This document shows positions 14,501 through 26,010 of a stretch of DNA of 64,000 nucleotides, one piece after another; the stretch's first letter is position 1; each line of letters starts with the position of its first letter. Under the pieces are notes generated by a model, which saw only the letters and a list, made by a program, of their open reading frames with translations, ran no database searches and was not told the DNA's origin. The DNA lies in NCBI GenBank assembly GCA_003971905.1, contig RSEE01000021.1, forward strand, positions 310,001-374,000. The letters run 5' to 3'. The position numbers and the translations under genes were made by a program. The stretch comes from Moniliella sp. 'wahieum'. Lineage: Eukaryota.

Positions 14501-15710
14501 GGCACATTCGAATGCTCCCAATGAGGTGTACCTCCCAGACTCTTGCCAGGTAGGAGAGGTGAGGTCGTCACGCTCGCACCCAACGGACGAGCAGAAGGGA
14601 CCCACTTGGGTCATTTGAACCAAGTGAAACACTTGCATCCTCCCGGAGAGGGGAAATGGTCACACTTGGAACGACCTGACGAGGTGCAGGAGCCATCCGC
14701 TCCGTCGGACGGGCGGCCTGGTCGAAACTCTGGTGGCTTAGGGTATGCGAAGGAGGCATTACTGAGCTCGTCCATTGCAGACGGGGCGTACAGTCGAGCC
14801 GCTTGGACGATGCAAGCGGTCAAAAAGTTTAGAAGTCGACCCCCACTTCTTCCAAAAACGAATCTGAGATGATGAAGACGACGGACTCCATATCGGCGTA
14901 CGGTACCCGTCAACAGGAGCATGCATCCAGTCACTTCGGCCGGGAAAGGTGGTAGCCTCGCATCCGCCCCCACCGCAGCGGGGCGCACACCCAACCAGTT
15001 GCGTGGACTAGGCGAAGAGGGCTCACGGAGCGGAATGGTAGCAACAGCCGAATCATGCTGTACTCCCATCACCGGAGGCGCTGGTGGCACGGGCCAGTCT
15101 TGAGCCGGACGGAGGGAAGACGCGCTTGCATACCTGGATGGAGGCAAGGCCCGCACATCCGTAGCGGCCCAACCAAACACGGGCTAAACAGCCTAGAGGT
15201 ACCGTCGTTGTCTGAAGGATGCAAGATGAGGTCAGAGACAAGAGATGGGGGGGAGGGGTGTAAGCTGAACATACCGGGAAAGAAAGAGAACCTTGACCAA
15301 TAGGGATAGCGCCCAGGGGTGCCTGGGGGCGTGTCAGCTGGCTGTGAGAGGTCTTGTCCGGCGTCTTCTTGGCTGGTGTTCGTGATCAGCCACAGCAGCA
15401 CACTGAACAGGGTGAAATAGTAAAGGTGCTCTAGGACCTCCAGCAGGTGTTCCCCTTCGTTACACGCCTGCTTGCGGAGGACAACAAGAACGTCGAGTAG
15501 GAAGGCGAGGGGAGTCCAGAACAGGAGCGAGAGGAGGCTGTCCAGCCAGCCGACGGGGAACCAGAGGTGGTATAGGATGAAGCGCAGCACAAAGCACCCT
15601 AAAGTACATGCGATGCTGAGGAAAACAGACGGGAGCAAGCGATAGAGGGTGTCGGCAGTGCGTGAGCGGCGATGCAGGGCCCACGCTGTACCGGCTGGGG
15701 GCGCAAGCAT
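11573..15710 (-). CDS. Large orphan protein: N-terminal hydrophobic (about 3 TM-like) segment followed by a long Pro/Ser/Glu-rich disordered region with internal repeats
   Basis: ATG at 15710; canonical introns 15212-15274 (GTATGT..CAG) and 15081-15133 (GTATGC..CAG) join in frame; chain of overlapping minus-strand ORFs down to the stop at 11573; no recognisable domain. Confidence 0.55.
11836..12520. repeat. Diverged direct duplication of ~215 bp (11836-12049 and 12303-12520) flanking a 15-bp tandem array (~12078-12195)
   Basis: Both copies start ATGAGTACTCTGATC, share TTGCGCGGCGCTGAGGAAG and end CTCCACAG; the 15-mers (AGGTCCAGCCTCCAC-like) encode xAGPV pentapeptides on the minus strand. Confidence 0.9.
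14190..14690. repeat. Degenerate ~129-bp tandem repeat (2 clear + ~2 decayed units)
   Basis: Identical 28-mer ACGAGGTGAAAACACACTCGAATCCAAG at 14228 and 14357; decayed echoes near 14481 and 14613. Confidence 0.8.
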
Positions 15711-15724
15711 CACGGCAATTGGTG

Positions 15725-15870
15725 GCGGATGCGAAGAGGATGAGGTGGCGGAGGCGAATATAAGGAGGTGGCGGAGGCGAAAACGAGGAGGCAGCGGATG
15801 CAAAGAGGAGGAGGTGGCGGATGCAAAGAGGAGGAGGTGGCGGATGCAAAGAGGAGGAGGTGGCGGTGAT
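15725..15870. repeat. 23-bp minisatellite just upstream of the orphan ATG
   Basis: GCGGATGCAAAGAGGAGGAGGTG x3 perfect (15794-15862) plus degenerate flanking units. Confidence 0.9.
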
Positions 15871-17715
15871 GAAGAGGAAGGTGGTGGTGGGGGGGAGGGT
15901 GGGGAGGACGAGGGCGAGCACCTTGACTAGCTATGTGGCAATTTGGGCTGCCAGCTGCGCTTTTGCTTATGGACTAAACCAAGTTGCGCGCATTATATGC
16001 TGAGGCGCCAAATAAGCTTCTACCGTTTGGTGCCTCTTACTAGCGCAGACGAGAGAGAAGAGGCCTGCACTGCACAAGTCACATCATCCATCCACCTCTG
16101 CACAGCCACTGAGGCAACACAGGCGCTCTCTGGCCACAGAGGCAGGGAGGATGGGTATGTGGTTTTGGATGTGTTTTCAGAGAGAGAGAGAGCAGCTCTG
16201 TGGCGGGGGGCACATCAAACCAGCGAGGCCAGTACTCTGCCTTGTGCACGACCAACAATGAGACAGGCGCACTCCGCAATACTGTTCGCGCTGCGCTCTA
16301 GTGCACATCTACGGCGTCCTCTTCGCCATCGCTCGTCTCTCTCTCGCCATCGCGCATTTTCCCTTCACAGTGTCGCCGTAGTGGCCTGTGCGTCCATACT
16401 TTTCTTGCAGCAAAAGTGCTCTGGTGTTGCCACATATGTCACTGCTGCACAGTGCTGATTGCGGCGGGGCGTGCTTGCAGTTCGGTTTGTGCGCACCGAA
16501 GGGCACATTCGCACTCGCGCCCAGCCGTCCTCACCACCGAGACAGGTGCGCCAGGGAAGAGATGTCTCGCCCAGCAGTCCCTTTTACACATGCTCCATCG
16601 CACGGGGCGAGTGTGGTGCGTGTGCTGAAGCTTGAGATCATGAGGGTGGCGAGAACAGCGGGCAATGGTGGTCGCAGCAAAAGGCAGATGCGGAGCAACT
16701 AATGACTACAGTGGCTATTCCTGACTATAGTCAGCGGCTATATATACGGACTAGGACTATAGTTCCTAGCTAGGAAGGCCGGATGCCCAGGCGCTGTCCC
16801 AGTGCGTGGTGGCGCACTGTGTCAGCCTCACAAGCTGTCCACGGACGTCGCAAACCCCGCGACAGGCACAAAGATGCAACTTTCAAAGCGCGGTATATTG
16901 TCTTGCTTGAGGATGAGTGGGGGTTGTATTTTTGTCCACAGAGAGCGCTGGCTGCTGTTCTCTTCGTCAGTGCTCTGGGTGTCCCCCTTTGACTGCTCCC
17001 AAAGACGAACCCGCTTACTAGCGACTAGTGGTCTCTGCGTCAGCACCAACACGATGGCAATCGCGGCGAGCAACACGCTGCTCACGCCGGATGAGCGAGC
17101 TGGTACGGCGCAGCATTTCCCTCGCTCTCCGAGAAAAAGTGTGATGTTGATGTGAAGGTACTCCATTGGCAGTGGGAGGCGTGCAGCCCAGAGGGTGGGT
17201 GGGCCTCGTCGCAGCACACTGGCCGCACGCCCCTAGCATCCAAGCTATGCTGCCCCCCAATACAGCTAAACCTCCTCCCTGCATGTTGCCGAGCGGGGTG
17301 GCCGGGGGGGCGGTGAGCAGTGACCGGTGACATCTGACATCTGAGACCTGGCATGTCTGACAAGAGTGACCACTTATCGATTATCATCCATGCATCACGC
17401 ACCATACATCGGTAATCAGCGCACACTGCCCCCCTGCTGGCATCCTGCTGCCCAGGTGCCCCACGGCGCCACTGTGTGCCATAAAGGCGCGTCTGGGGAG
17501 GCCCAGATCGGTTGCGGGTATGCCTCGCATACCCGGCACTGGCGCTCTGCCGCGGTGGGCGCCAGGCGGGCCCAGCAGTGCCCCGAGTGAAAGCGAGCCT
17601 CTTCGACCACGCCTGCTCCCTGACCGCATAAAACGCCTGCACGCCGCCATCTGGTCTTCTTCTTTCTCCCGCCACCGCCTATCTGCATCTCTGCAAACGA
17701 CACACAGCACCAGCA

Positions 17716-19535
17716 ATGGCCCCGCTCAAGTCGTCTGCCTTCTCCCGCCGCCCGCGCATCGGCCAGCTTGGCCCGCGCCTCAAGCACACCCTCCCGCACA
17801 AGGGGCACAAAGTGTGCACTCTCCTCCGTCCTCGCCTTATCCCTCCCAGCTTCCGACCTGCGCCCGCAGCGTTGCTGCTCCCCAACACTCCTCTTCCTGC
17901 GCCGGCTCCGTTTCCGATGCCCCGGCCGATTTGCAATCTGCCACGCCGGCGCCGTGCCACCGGCGTTGTTCCTCGGACCCCTGGTGGAGCAGCAGCCCCA
18001 CCTGCTACCATCGCCACCGCTGCCAGGGTTGTACCTGCCACTATACCCCCTCCCGTGCTACGCAAGCGCGCGAATGAGAACGTCTTTACCGCTTTTGGCG
18101 CACCGGCACCCAAAAAAAACCAAGTAAACCATGCTCGCATCGCTGAAAACCTTAATACCACCCATTATTTCTCACCCTATCCCAATGAAAATGCAAGCGT
18201 ACGTCTCCCCTCCCGCATCCATGCGCCCACAACTGGGAAACTAACCCTGATCTTCACGTTCAGCCTTCTGTCGCCGACGAGGTGCAAGCCGACCCAGTGG
18301 AACTGGACCATCTCGCCAGCATTGGTGGTACCCAAGTCATTGGCCCCATCCTGCGTTTTTCCCGGAGCGACAGCAGCGCCTATCTTCTGGCGCAGCGATA
18401 CATCATTACCGGAGACCGTGGCAAAACCCCCTATGGGCACGCAATGCTGGCCAATGACATGGTTACCAACCAAGAGGTGGTGATTAATGTCAGCCACACC
18501 GCCACGGACACGCGTGCCGAGAGCATGCGCCAGGCCCGGATCCTGCATGCAGTGGGAGCCATGAAGCCGGACGTCATTGGCTGGGTGCACGTGCGCGAGG
18601 TCTTTCTCTACAACCACGACCGCCTTTGCATCGTGTTTGACAGCAAGGCCGACACGCTTGCCCACTTTATCAAGCATGACCTCCACGGCCGTGGGCTCCC
18701 GCTGGAGCACATCCAGGCCATCATGAAGCAGCTTCTTCTCTTCTCGCCTCCCTTCATGACCAGGGCTTCGTCCATGGAAATCTCACTGGAGAGCACATCC
18801 GGTTGGACAGCACCGCCTCCGCTCTCATCCCAAACCCTTCCAAGAACGGCAAGCCGATTCCATTCCTTTACTCGCCAATGGTCCATGTGACGGGTGCGAG
18901 TCAGGTCCGCATCCGTCCTAGCACCAAGCCGAGTGCGCTTCCCAAGGCCTACCGTCCACCTGAGGCGCTGCTTGGCACCCACGCCTGGTCAGCTCCCTCG
19001 ACATGTGGGCAGCTGGGGTGTGATGCTGCAGCTGATGACGGGCAAGTTGCCATTTGGCCCCCACGAGCGTGATGATTGGCCAACGCAGGAGGCGTACAAC
19101 CGGTACAAGGCAAAGAAGCAGGCCTTTGAGGCTAGCGACACGCCCCTCTTGGCGCAGCTGCAGAGCGCTCTGGGTGTGATGCCCAACAGCTTGCTGTCCC
19201 ACCTTCCCGCCGACAAGCGCCAGCAACTCTTCTTCCCCGATGGCACGGTGCGCACCACCAAGCCGATCCCCTCCACCCCACTTTCTCGGTACCAGTACCA
19301 CCAGAACGAAGAAAAGTATATGACCTACGACGTTTGCTTCCGCGACCTTGTCGATCAACTTCTCGAGCCCGACCCCAGCCTGCGCATCTCGGCCGAGAAG
19401 GCCTTGCAGCACCGCTTCTTTGACCTCCCACGCGGCACGGACTACCACGCAACATTCACCTTCCGCAGTAACCGCCGTTCGAATCCCTTCTATAAAACAA
19501 CGTTGCCTTGTATCTATCCGACTGACGGATCATGA
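17716..19535 (+). CDS. CMGC/LAMMER(Clk)-like protein kinase fold with degenerate catalytic motifs (pseudokinase)
   Basis: RYIITGDRGKTPYG, EVVIN, RLCIVFD, LPLEHIQAIMKQLL, GFVHGNLTGEHI, AYRPPEALLG, DLVDQLLEPDPSLRISAEKALQHRFF; Pro/Arg-rich N-terminus. Confidence 0.8.
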
Positions 19536-20543
19536 TCCGTCAAGAAGTCGTGTATTCGTAGTATATAAGCCTTTGAATTAGTGCCAGCCTTGGCAGGGTA
19601 TAGATGTGGCAGGCTCTCCGTAACGGGAGGCCCAGATGTGTCTGGAGCAGAAGACGATGAAGGCTCCGGGACAGCGTGTGTGTGGCCGTCGGCATCGCCT
19701 GTGAAGCTGCCACATGTGGCCTCTTCGTGCTCAGGGGCGCGTGCAAAACGTTAGTGAAATAGTATATGGGTTCTTCATGGCGGGCGGTGATCACGAAAGG
19801 ATGCTCGCCCGAAGTACTTGTTGGGGCGATGCCCCAATCACGCCATCCTGCGTGATAGTCATCACCCCTCTCTTTCCGCCCGGAAGCTTCCTCAGCTCCG
19901 CGGTACCCTCGTCTATATAAGGCCCTACCCTTCTCATAGCCTCCTGTACCTCTCCTCAGAACCACATCCTCCATTCCACTCCTCCTTCAGCAGTACTGAG
20001 ATCCGACTAAATGGACGTTTGCAGGACGACATGTAATGATGGGGAGTTAGATCCAGAAACGCACCATGTGAATCATTCTCTTGGTCACCTTTCATCTCCC
20101 CCTCTTCGTCCTCCCTCGCTGGCACCAAAAGAGACGTGACGATACTAGCGACGATAACAGCTCCTGCATCCCTGTTGTGCCGCATCATACTTCACACATA
20201 CTGTATCCCCACCATAATCGGACTGGTATATGTTTGGCAAAACCCCGAAGAAATGCTTTGCAGGGTGCGACATACTAATGATACCTCTCGATGAGAGGCG
20301 AGGGGGGACATCTGCCCGTCTCGTGTCCCAAGCGTGTCAAAGACCAGTTTTGGTTGTTGATATACAGTAGTAGCATGATACAGGAAGAACCCGTCAAGCT
20401 CCTCTTAACTACTCAGGTAAATTTTCTCACTGCTCTTTTCGCCGATCCTGTTCTCCTTCTTTCCCCTACCAGTGCACCCTTTGCTTCCCTTGCTACTAGG
20501 TTCACTCTTGTCACTCGACCCTTACCAGAACCTGGATAAAAAA

Positions 20544-20638
20544 TGACTTCGCCCGGGCTCGAACCGGGACCTTATCCGTTATCAAGCGCATGGCGCACTT
20601 GTTAAGGATACGTGATAAACCAACTACACCACGATGCC
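20544..20638 (-). tRNA. tRNA-Val(AAC) with ~21-nt intron
   Basis: Minus strand GGCATCG-TGGTGTAGTTGG...TATCC-TT-AAC-A[intron]C-GGATA...CCCGG-TTCGAGC-CCGGG-CGAAGTC-A, followed by a T6 Pol III terminator; one acceptor-stem mismatch. Confidence 0.9.
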
Positions 20639-22343
20639 ATTCGTTAGTACGTTTGGCTTCTTTTCTGGCAGCATATACCGTCACCATGAACGTCTTCTTA
20701 TGACGGAGCTTTTTTGTTTCGGGGCTTGCTACCAATGACGGTAGAGACATTCCTGCTCGAATTGAGGCAGCAGTGGGTACTGCGGAGGGGGGTACTAGGA
20801 GAAGGACTCTTCCTTGCCGTTGGGTGCGCACGGAGTAGGGTGGGGAAGGGGCTCCACTCCCATATTGAGGAACGTGGACGAGCGAGGAAGACTGCACCGC
20901 TTCCCGTGGGTTCGTCTTCTGAGGGGAAAGACCGGTGGTGCCCTTCAGGGGAGAGTGTCGTTGCTCGCTGGCAGCCGATGAGATGCGTATTGGATGGGGC
21001 GAATCAGCAGGGAAAGTTGGGTCGTCTCAGTCATCTGCATATCGGAATATCATGGGGGTCCGTCAACATCGTCTGCTTACTCAGTCAGGGGAGGATATAT
21101 GCTTTTGATGCAAGGCATCTGCTTCTTTCTTGGCGGCCTTGGTGCAGGCGGGGTCGCCCTGTGATTGCCCAGGGAGATGAAGTGGCGCCCCCTTCGGACA
21201 CAGACTTGCGGTGGCGTTGTGCGTGTCTTCCCTGGAGGGTACTCGGTGGGAGCCTGGGAAGTGGGCGGATCGTTTGGGTACGGCGTAGCAGCCCAATGGG
21301 TGATGGAGGAGTGTAGAGGGAAACTCAGTCCGCAATAGGGCGCATTCTCGTCTTCGTCCGTCAGGGGGAGCGGTGTAGGCGGGTCCAATTCGACTTTGGC
21401 GTTCAGGGGCATGCATTAGCGCTGAATAAGCTTAAGGAACAGCCTATACGTTCCGTAGCGCGTGAGCTTCCAGCAGATGTGGTGGGAACCGGAGGGGAAG
21501 GTATATAGGGAAAGGGCCTCATGCTGTCCCCTTTGCCTCTAAGGGGGGAGTGAGAAGTTTATAGTCCACGCTCGTGCACCAGCCCAATAAGTGTGAACCT
21601 CTAGTACGGAAGAAGAGTCGATGTTTGACCTCTTAAGGGATTTTTGACAAGTGGTGTGCTATGGTCAGTGGAAAGGGAGTGTTTGGAGTGCTGAATAGTG
21701 CAGCAGTCTCACCCTCTTCGCTGGGAGAGGGGATATAGGGAATTGGGAGGGCATCCCTGTGGACACGCACACAGTGTGCAGAACAACACTCCGGTCAGTC
21801 CCTCGCTCAGCGGTGAGGCTCACCCCAGGAACACATGAAAGTCAAAAGATGAAAGTTAAATGAGTTGGGCTGTTGCAGGGCTACCGGCTACGGGCTTCCT
21901 CGTTCCGGCCAGTTTTCCAATTCTCCCTATCCCGGGTACCAGCGGCGAGGAAGACACCTTTTTTCGATGACAACACAATATGCCAGACCAACACCATCCC
22001 GTTTCATGCATGTGCGGCTTCTTTTCAGATGACACCTGCTCGCCTTTGCACCGGCTGGAGCTAGGGCCTGGCTATGAGTGGGCGCGAGCTCGCTGTCCGT
22101 GTCACACGTCTGTAATGATTCAATGCATCATCCATCCGAGGCTGAGGGGCTGAGGCGTGAGGCGCTGACTGAACTCAGCGCCCTCCGGCCTCTCGGGGGG
22201 CTGAGGCTTAGTGCTCCTCAGGCCCTTCGATGGTTCTACGTCCAACTGGGAGCTTGGGCGCGCAGCCCCAAAGGTGATGTCGATGACCGGTGACCGGTGA
22301 CCGGCCTGACCACACGTGGGTGTGTGGCCTGGGGGCGGGTGGA

Positions 22344-22552
22344 TGTCACAGGCCTAGCTAGCGATGCTGGCGATGGTCGATGGAGATGGCATTCAAGAGC
22401 TAAGGAGAGCTAGAGCTATGGGCCTTGATAGGCTCCTGGCCTGGAGGCCAGTGGAACCCGTGGAAGGGTCGGAACTCACTGCCCCGGTGCACTGTGTGGA
22501 TCGGGCCACGTGTCATGAAGGCCGATGGGCTCTAGACCACTGGTGGTCAACA
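22344..22552 (-). repeat. 3' LTR (209 bp)
   Basis: Direct repeat of 27386-27596; preceded on the minus strand by a short purine tract AGCGGGG. Confidence 0.96.
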
Positions 22553-25500
22553 CCCCGCTGGCCAGAGGTCTCAGTGGCACGATGGAAGGTTGTAACGTCC
22601 TCAAGCTTGAGGCGAGGCAAGTTGGCCAGGAGTGAGACCTTAGTGGCTGGTTTGGTGAGGATGTCGGCCGGGTTCTCGTTTCCAGCAATGTGCGCGATTT
22701 TGACTTCGCCCGAGTCGACATGCTGGCGTACGTTGTGGTACCGGATGTTCAGCTCACGTAGTTTGCCCGTGCTGCCCACTTTTTCGGCCAAGGCAAGTGC
22801 CGCCATGTTGTCGCAGTACCAGTGTATGGGCTCGTCTGAGGTGATGGCACCGAGCTCCAGTAAGATGTTTTTAACGTAGTTCGCATCAATGAGGCCCTCA
22901 TATCCCGCCGTATATTCGGCCGCAGCAGTGTTGGTGACGCTCTTGGGTTGACGCACGCTCCTCCAGGACACTGGAACCCCGTAGACGAAAAGCAGGCATC
23001 CCGACGTGGAACGCCATTGGTCAGGGTCTCCAGCCAGGTCGGCATCCGTGTATAGCGCGAGAGCGGGTGCGTCAGGCTCGGGTGTTAGTCGGAGACCGTA
23101 GCCCTTGGTACCGTAGAGGTAGCGGAGGAAGTTTGTTGCCGCAGCGCGGTGGGCCTTGGAGGGATCGGCAGTTGCTCGGCTTAGAGCTGAGATGCCGAAC
23201 AGCGCATCAGGGCGGCACATGCGGGCAGCCCACAGCCCAGATCCTACTTTGGCTTGGTAGTCGCGTCTCTCGGCGGGCAGTGCGGGCGGTTCGGGGTCGG
23301 TGCGCGCGGGGATCATCTTGCTGGGGTGGGGAGGCCCATAACCAGGGTGGCGGAACCTCATGTTGGCAATGGATTCCTCAATGAATTTGGCTGGCTAAGG
23401 TACAGTTTCCGTTTATGGTGTCGTACTGGCAGCCAAGATGGTAGTGTAGGGGGCCGTTTCCCCGCACCTCGATATGGGTGTTGATCTCAGTGAGGAAGGA
23501 ATCGTAGCGTGCGTGAGACGTGCAGGCGATGAGAAGATCGTCGGTGTGCACGGCAAGGAGGACCGTGTCGCCTTTACGGGGTCGGATGAACAAGCACGGC
23601 TCAGCCAGAGATTGTACAAAACCCATGTCTCCGCGGAGCAAGTCACGGATGAATACCGCCCAGTTTGCGCCGGATTGGTGGGAGGCCATATAGGCTTTTC
23701 CGGAGACGCCAGACCTTGCCTTTTTCCTCGGGAAAGAATGGGGGTGGGCGGAGGTACACTTTTTCCGTGGGGGAGCGTTCAAATAGGCAGAGTGCACATC
23801 AGCAGTGAAGAGGTGGAGGCCGAACTTTCCAGCAAGGGCGATAAGGCTGAGGATGGCAGGAGTGCGCACGGCAGGGGCGAATGTTTGTCCCCATGTGTCA
23901 GCATCCTGCTGGTGGCCCCCGGCAACGAGACGGGCTCGAGCGTAGGAAATTTCCGTCCGCGTCCGTTTTGGTGTTGATGCCACAGACCAATCCAGCAGCT
24001 GCGCGTCTGGAGGGGGCGTGACGACTTCGAATGTGCCGTAGCGGGCTAGGGTGTCGATTTCCGTGCGCATCGCCTCCAGCACTGGTTCGAATGAGGGGTG
24101 TGATTGGAGGCCCTTCATTGTCTTGGGTGCAACAGGTACTCCGTCCTTGGTGAGCTGGATGCGCTCGTGCGGCCCTGGCTCGCTAAGGGCGATCATCGCC
24201 TTGTATTCAGGTGGATGGAGACCGTCGCTGTACGCGGGCAGGGCAGTGTCGGGCAGTGGGAAGCGTAGGCCGATCGCAGGACTACGACTACCGTCAGGGA
24301 GGGGAACCGGACGGAGCGGGCAGCGCGGCAGTGCGGGAAGTACCATCATGAGGGTCGTCCGCTACGGGGAGCTGTGCCCAGTCAAGGTCAAAACGGCGCT
24401 GGTGGGTCCGGGCGGGGGTACCGTATGTGGTGGGGGTGGTTGGATGGGGTCGTTTTGTCTTGCGATGGTCGCGTCAGTATCAGTGTTGATTCTCGGTGGT
24501 GTGTTGGGATTTGCAACTTCAATTTTGTTCATTTTTTCTTCTCCCTTTTTGGTTTCGGGTCAGTCATAGTTCTGTCAGGCGGGGTTGAGCGGGGAGGGAA
24601 GCGAGATACGTCAGGCGGAAAGCGGTCGGGGGAAAACTCGTGGTATTGCGCTGTGGGTCCACTTGTATGGTTTTGCCCATTGGATCGGAACGTGCCCATG
24701 GACGGGTCGTACACAGCCCAGCGCCAACCCTTTGTACCTCGACCTGCGTCGTACCCGACGAGCATGGCTTCGACAGCCCGCGGATGAGCTTATGGTCACG
24801 TTGGTCCTGGGCCAGGTGAAGGTACGCCAAGGATCCGAAGGCGTGCATTGGCAGCGGTGGGGGTGACCCTTGTACAGCTCAGCCCGAGATTGTGTGCCCT
24901 GGGTGGAGATGTCGGTGGCATGAGGTTGTGCGTCAGCACCCTGCCAGCAAGGCATCCATGCCACAGTTGATGTCGGGAGGCCCGAGGCGATTGATGAGTT
25001 GGCGCGCGCGTGTGGTGATTGCCTGGATGGCTCGCTCGGCCACCCCATTTGATTGACTTTGGCCTGGTATGGTGGTTTCCGTCGTGATACCTCGGATTCA
25101 AGGAACGGACGGAGTGCGCTGGTGAGCTCGGGGGCATTGTGTCTTCAAGATGCGAAGCCGACGGTCCTTTCCGATGCGTTGCTCGCGGGTGATGAGTTTT
25201 TTCAGCTCCGCCGTGGCTTGTCCTTTCGTCTTTAGGGGAACAGCGAAGGTGTAACGGCTCCAGTCATCAACCGCGACCAGGGCGTATCCATGTCCCATGC
25301 CAGTGATGCGAGGGAGGTCGACTACGTCGGCGTGCAGTACTTCGAAAGGACGTTCCGAAATGCGGCGGCCGTGGCGCGAAGGGTGGCTGGGCGCTTTGGC
25401 CAGAGCTTTTGTGCAGGTGGGACAATGCCAGAAGGGGCGGATGCGTCGGATTTGGGCAGGGCTGACGCGGAGGCTCGCTCGCGCGTTGGCGGTTAGTGTC

Positions 25501-26010
25501 GGGAGTAGGTCTAGCGCGGCGTGGTTGTACTGTTGGTGAACGTACATGACGTGCTCGATGGTGTTGGCTGCGGGTGTGTTGGGTGGCGACGGCAGCTTTG
25601 GCCGCGTGTTCGTTTGTGGGTGTCGGTTTCGGGACGATGTTCAGCTTGTATGAGGAATCCGCGATTTGGTGATATTTGCCATGCTTGTCATTTAACCAGA
25701 TACCTTTTCGGTGGGGGGCGAACCAGGATGCGTGGCCTGCGTCACTTATTTGCGCTACGCTCGTGAGATTGCTTGCTATGCCGGGGACGTATAGACTGCC
25801 GGGTAGGTCTACATGGATACATTTGCCGTCGGTACACTTGATACCGATGCTACATGTTCCGCGTCCACTGGCTTTAATATGTTTTCCATCAGCGATTTCG
25901 ATTGAGCGGTTGCTGGGCTTGAGGGTTTTGAATACCCTGAGATCCTTCCAGATGCTAGGATCCGCGCCCGAGTCGTGACGAGACTGGATGTCCTGGTTGC
26001 CCGCGAGTTC
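22513..26010 (-). CDS. Copia pol (protease-integrase-RT-RNase H), fragmented by indels
   Basis: [90 protein letters not shown]. Confidence 0.92.

Noticed and set aside
15725..15870. 23-bp repeats as a CRISPR-like array
   Set aside because: Head-to-tail units with no unique spacers, eukaryotic context and no cas genes.
18241..18250. CTAACCCT as a telomerase template or interstitial telomere
   Set aside because: Single copy, better explained as an intron branch point; same at ~61008.
19818..20031. Solo LTR starting TGTTGGGG with an internal TATA box
   Set aside because: No matching inverted end or target-site duplication found.
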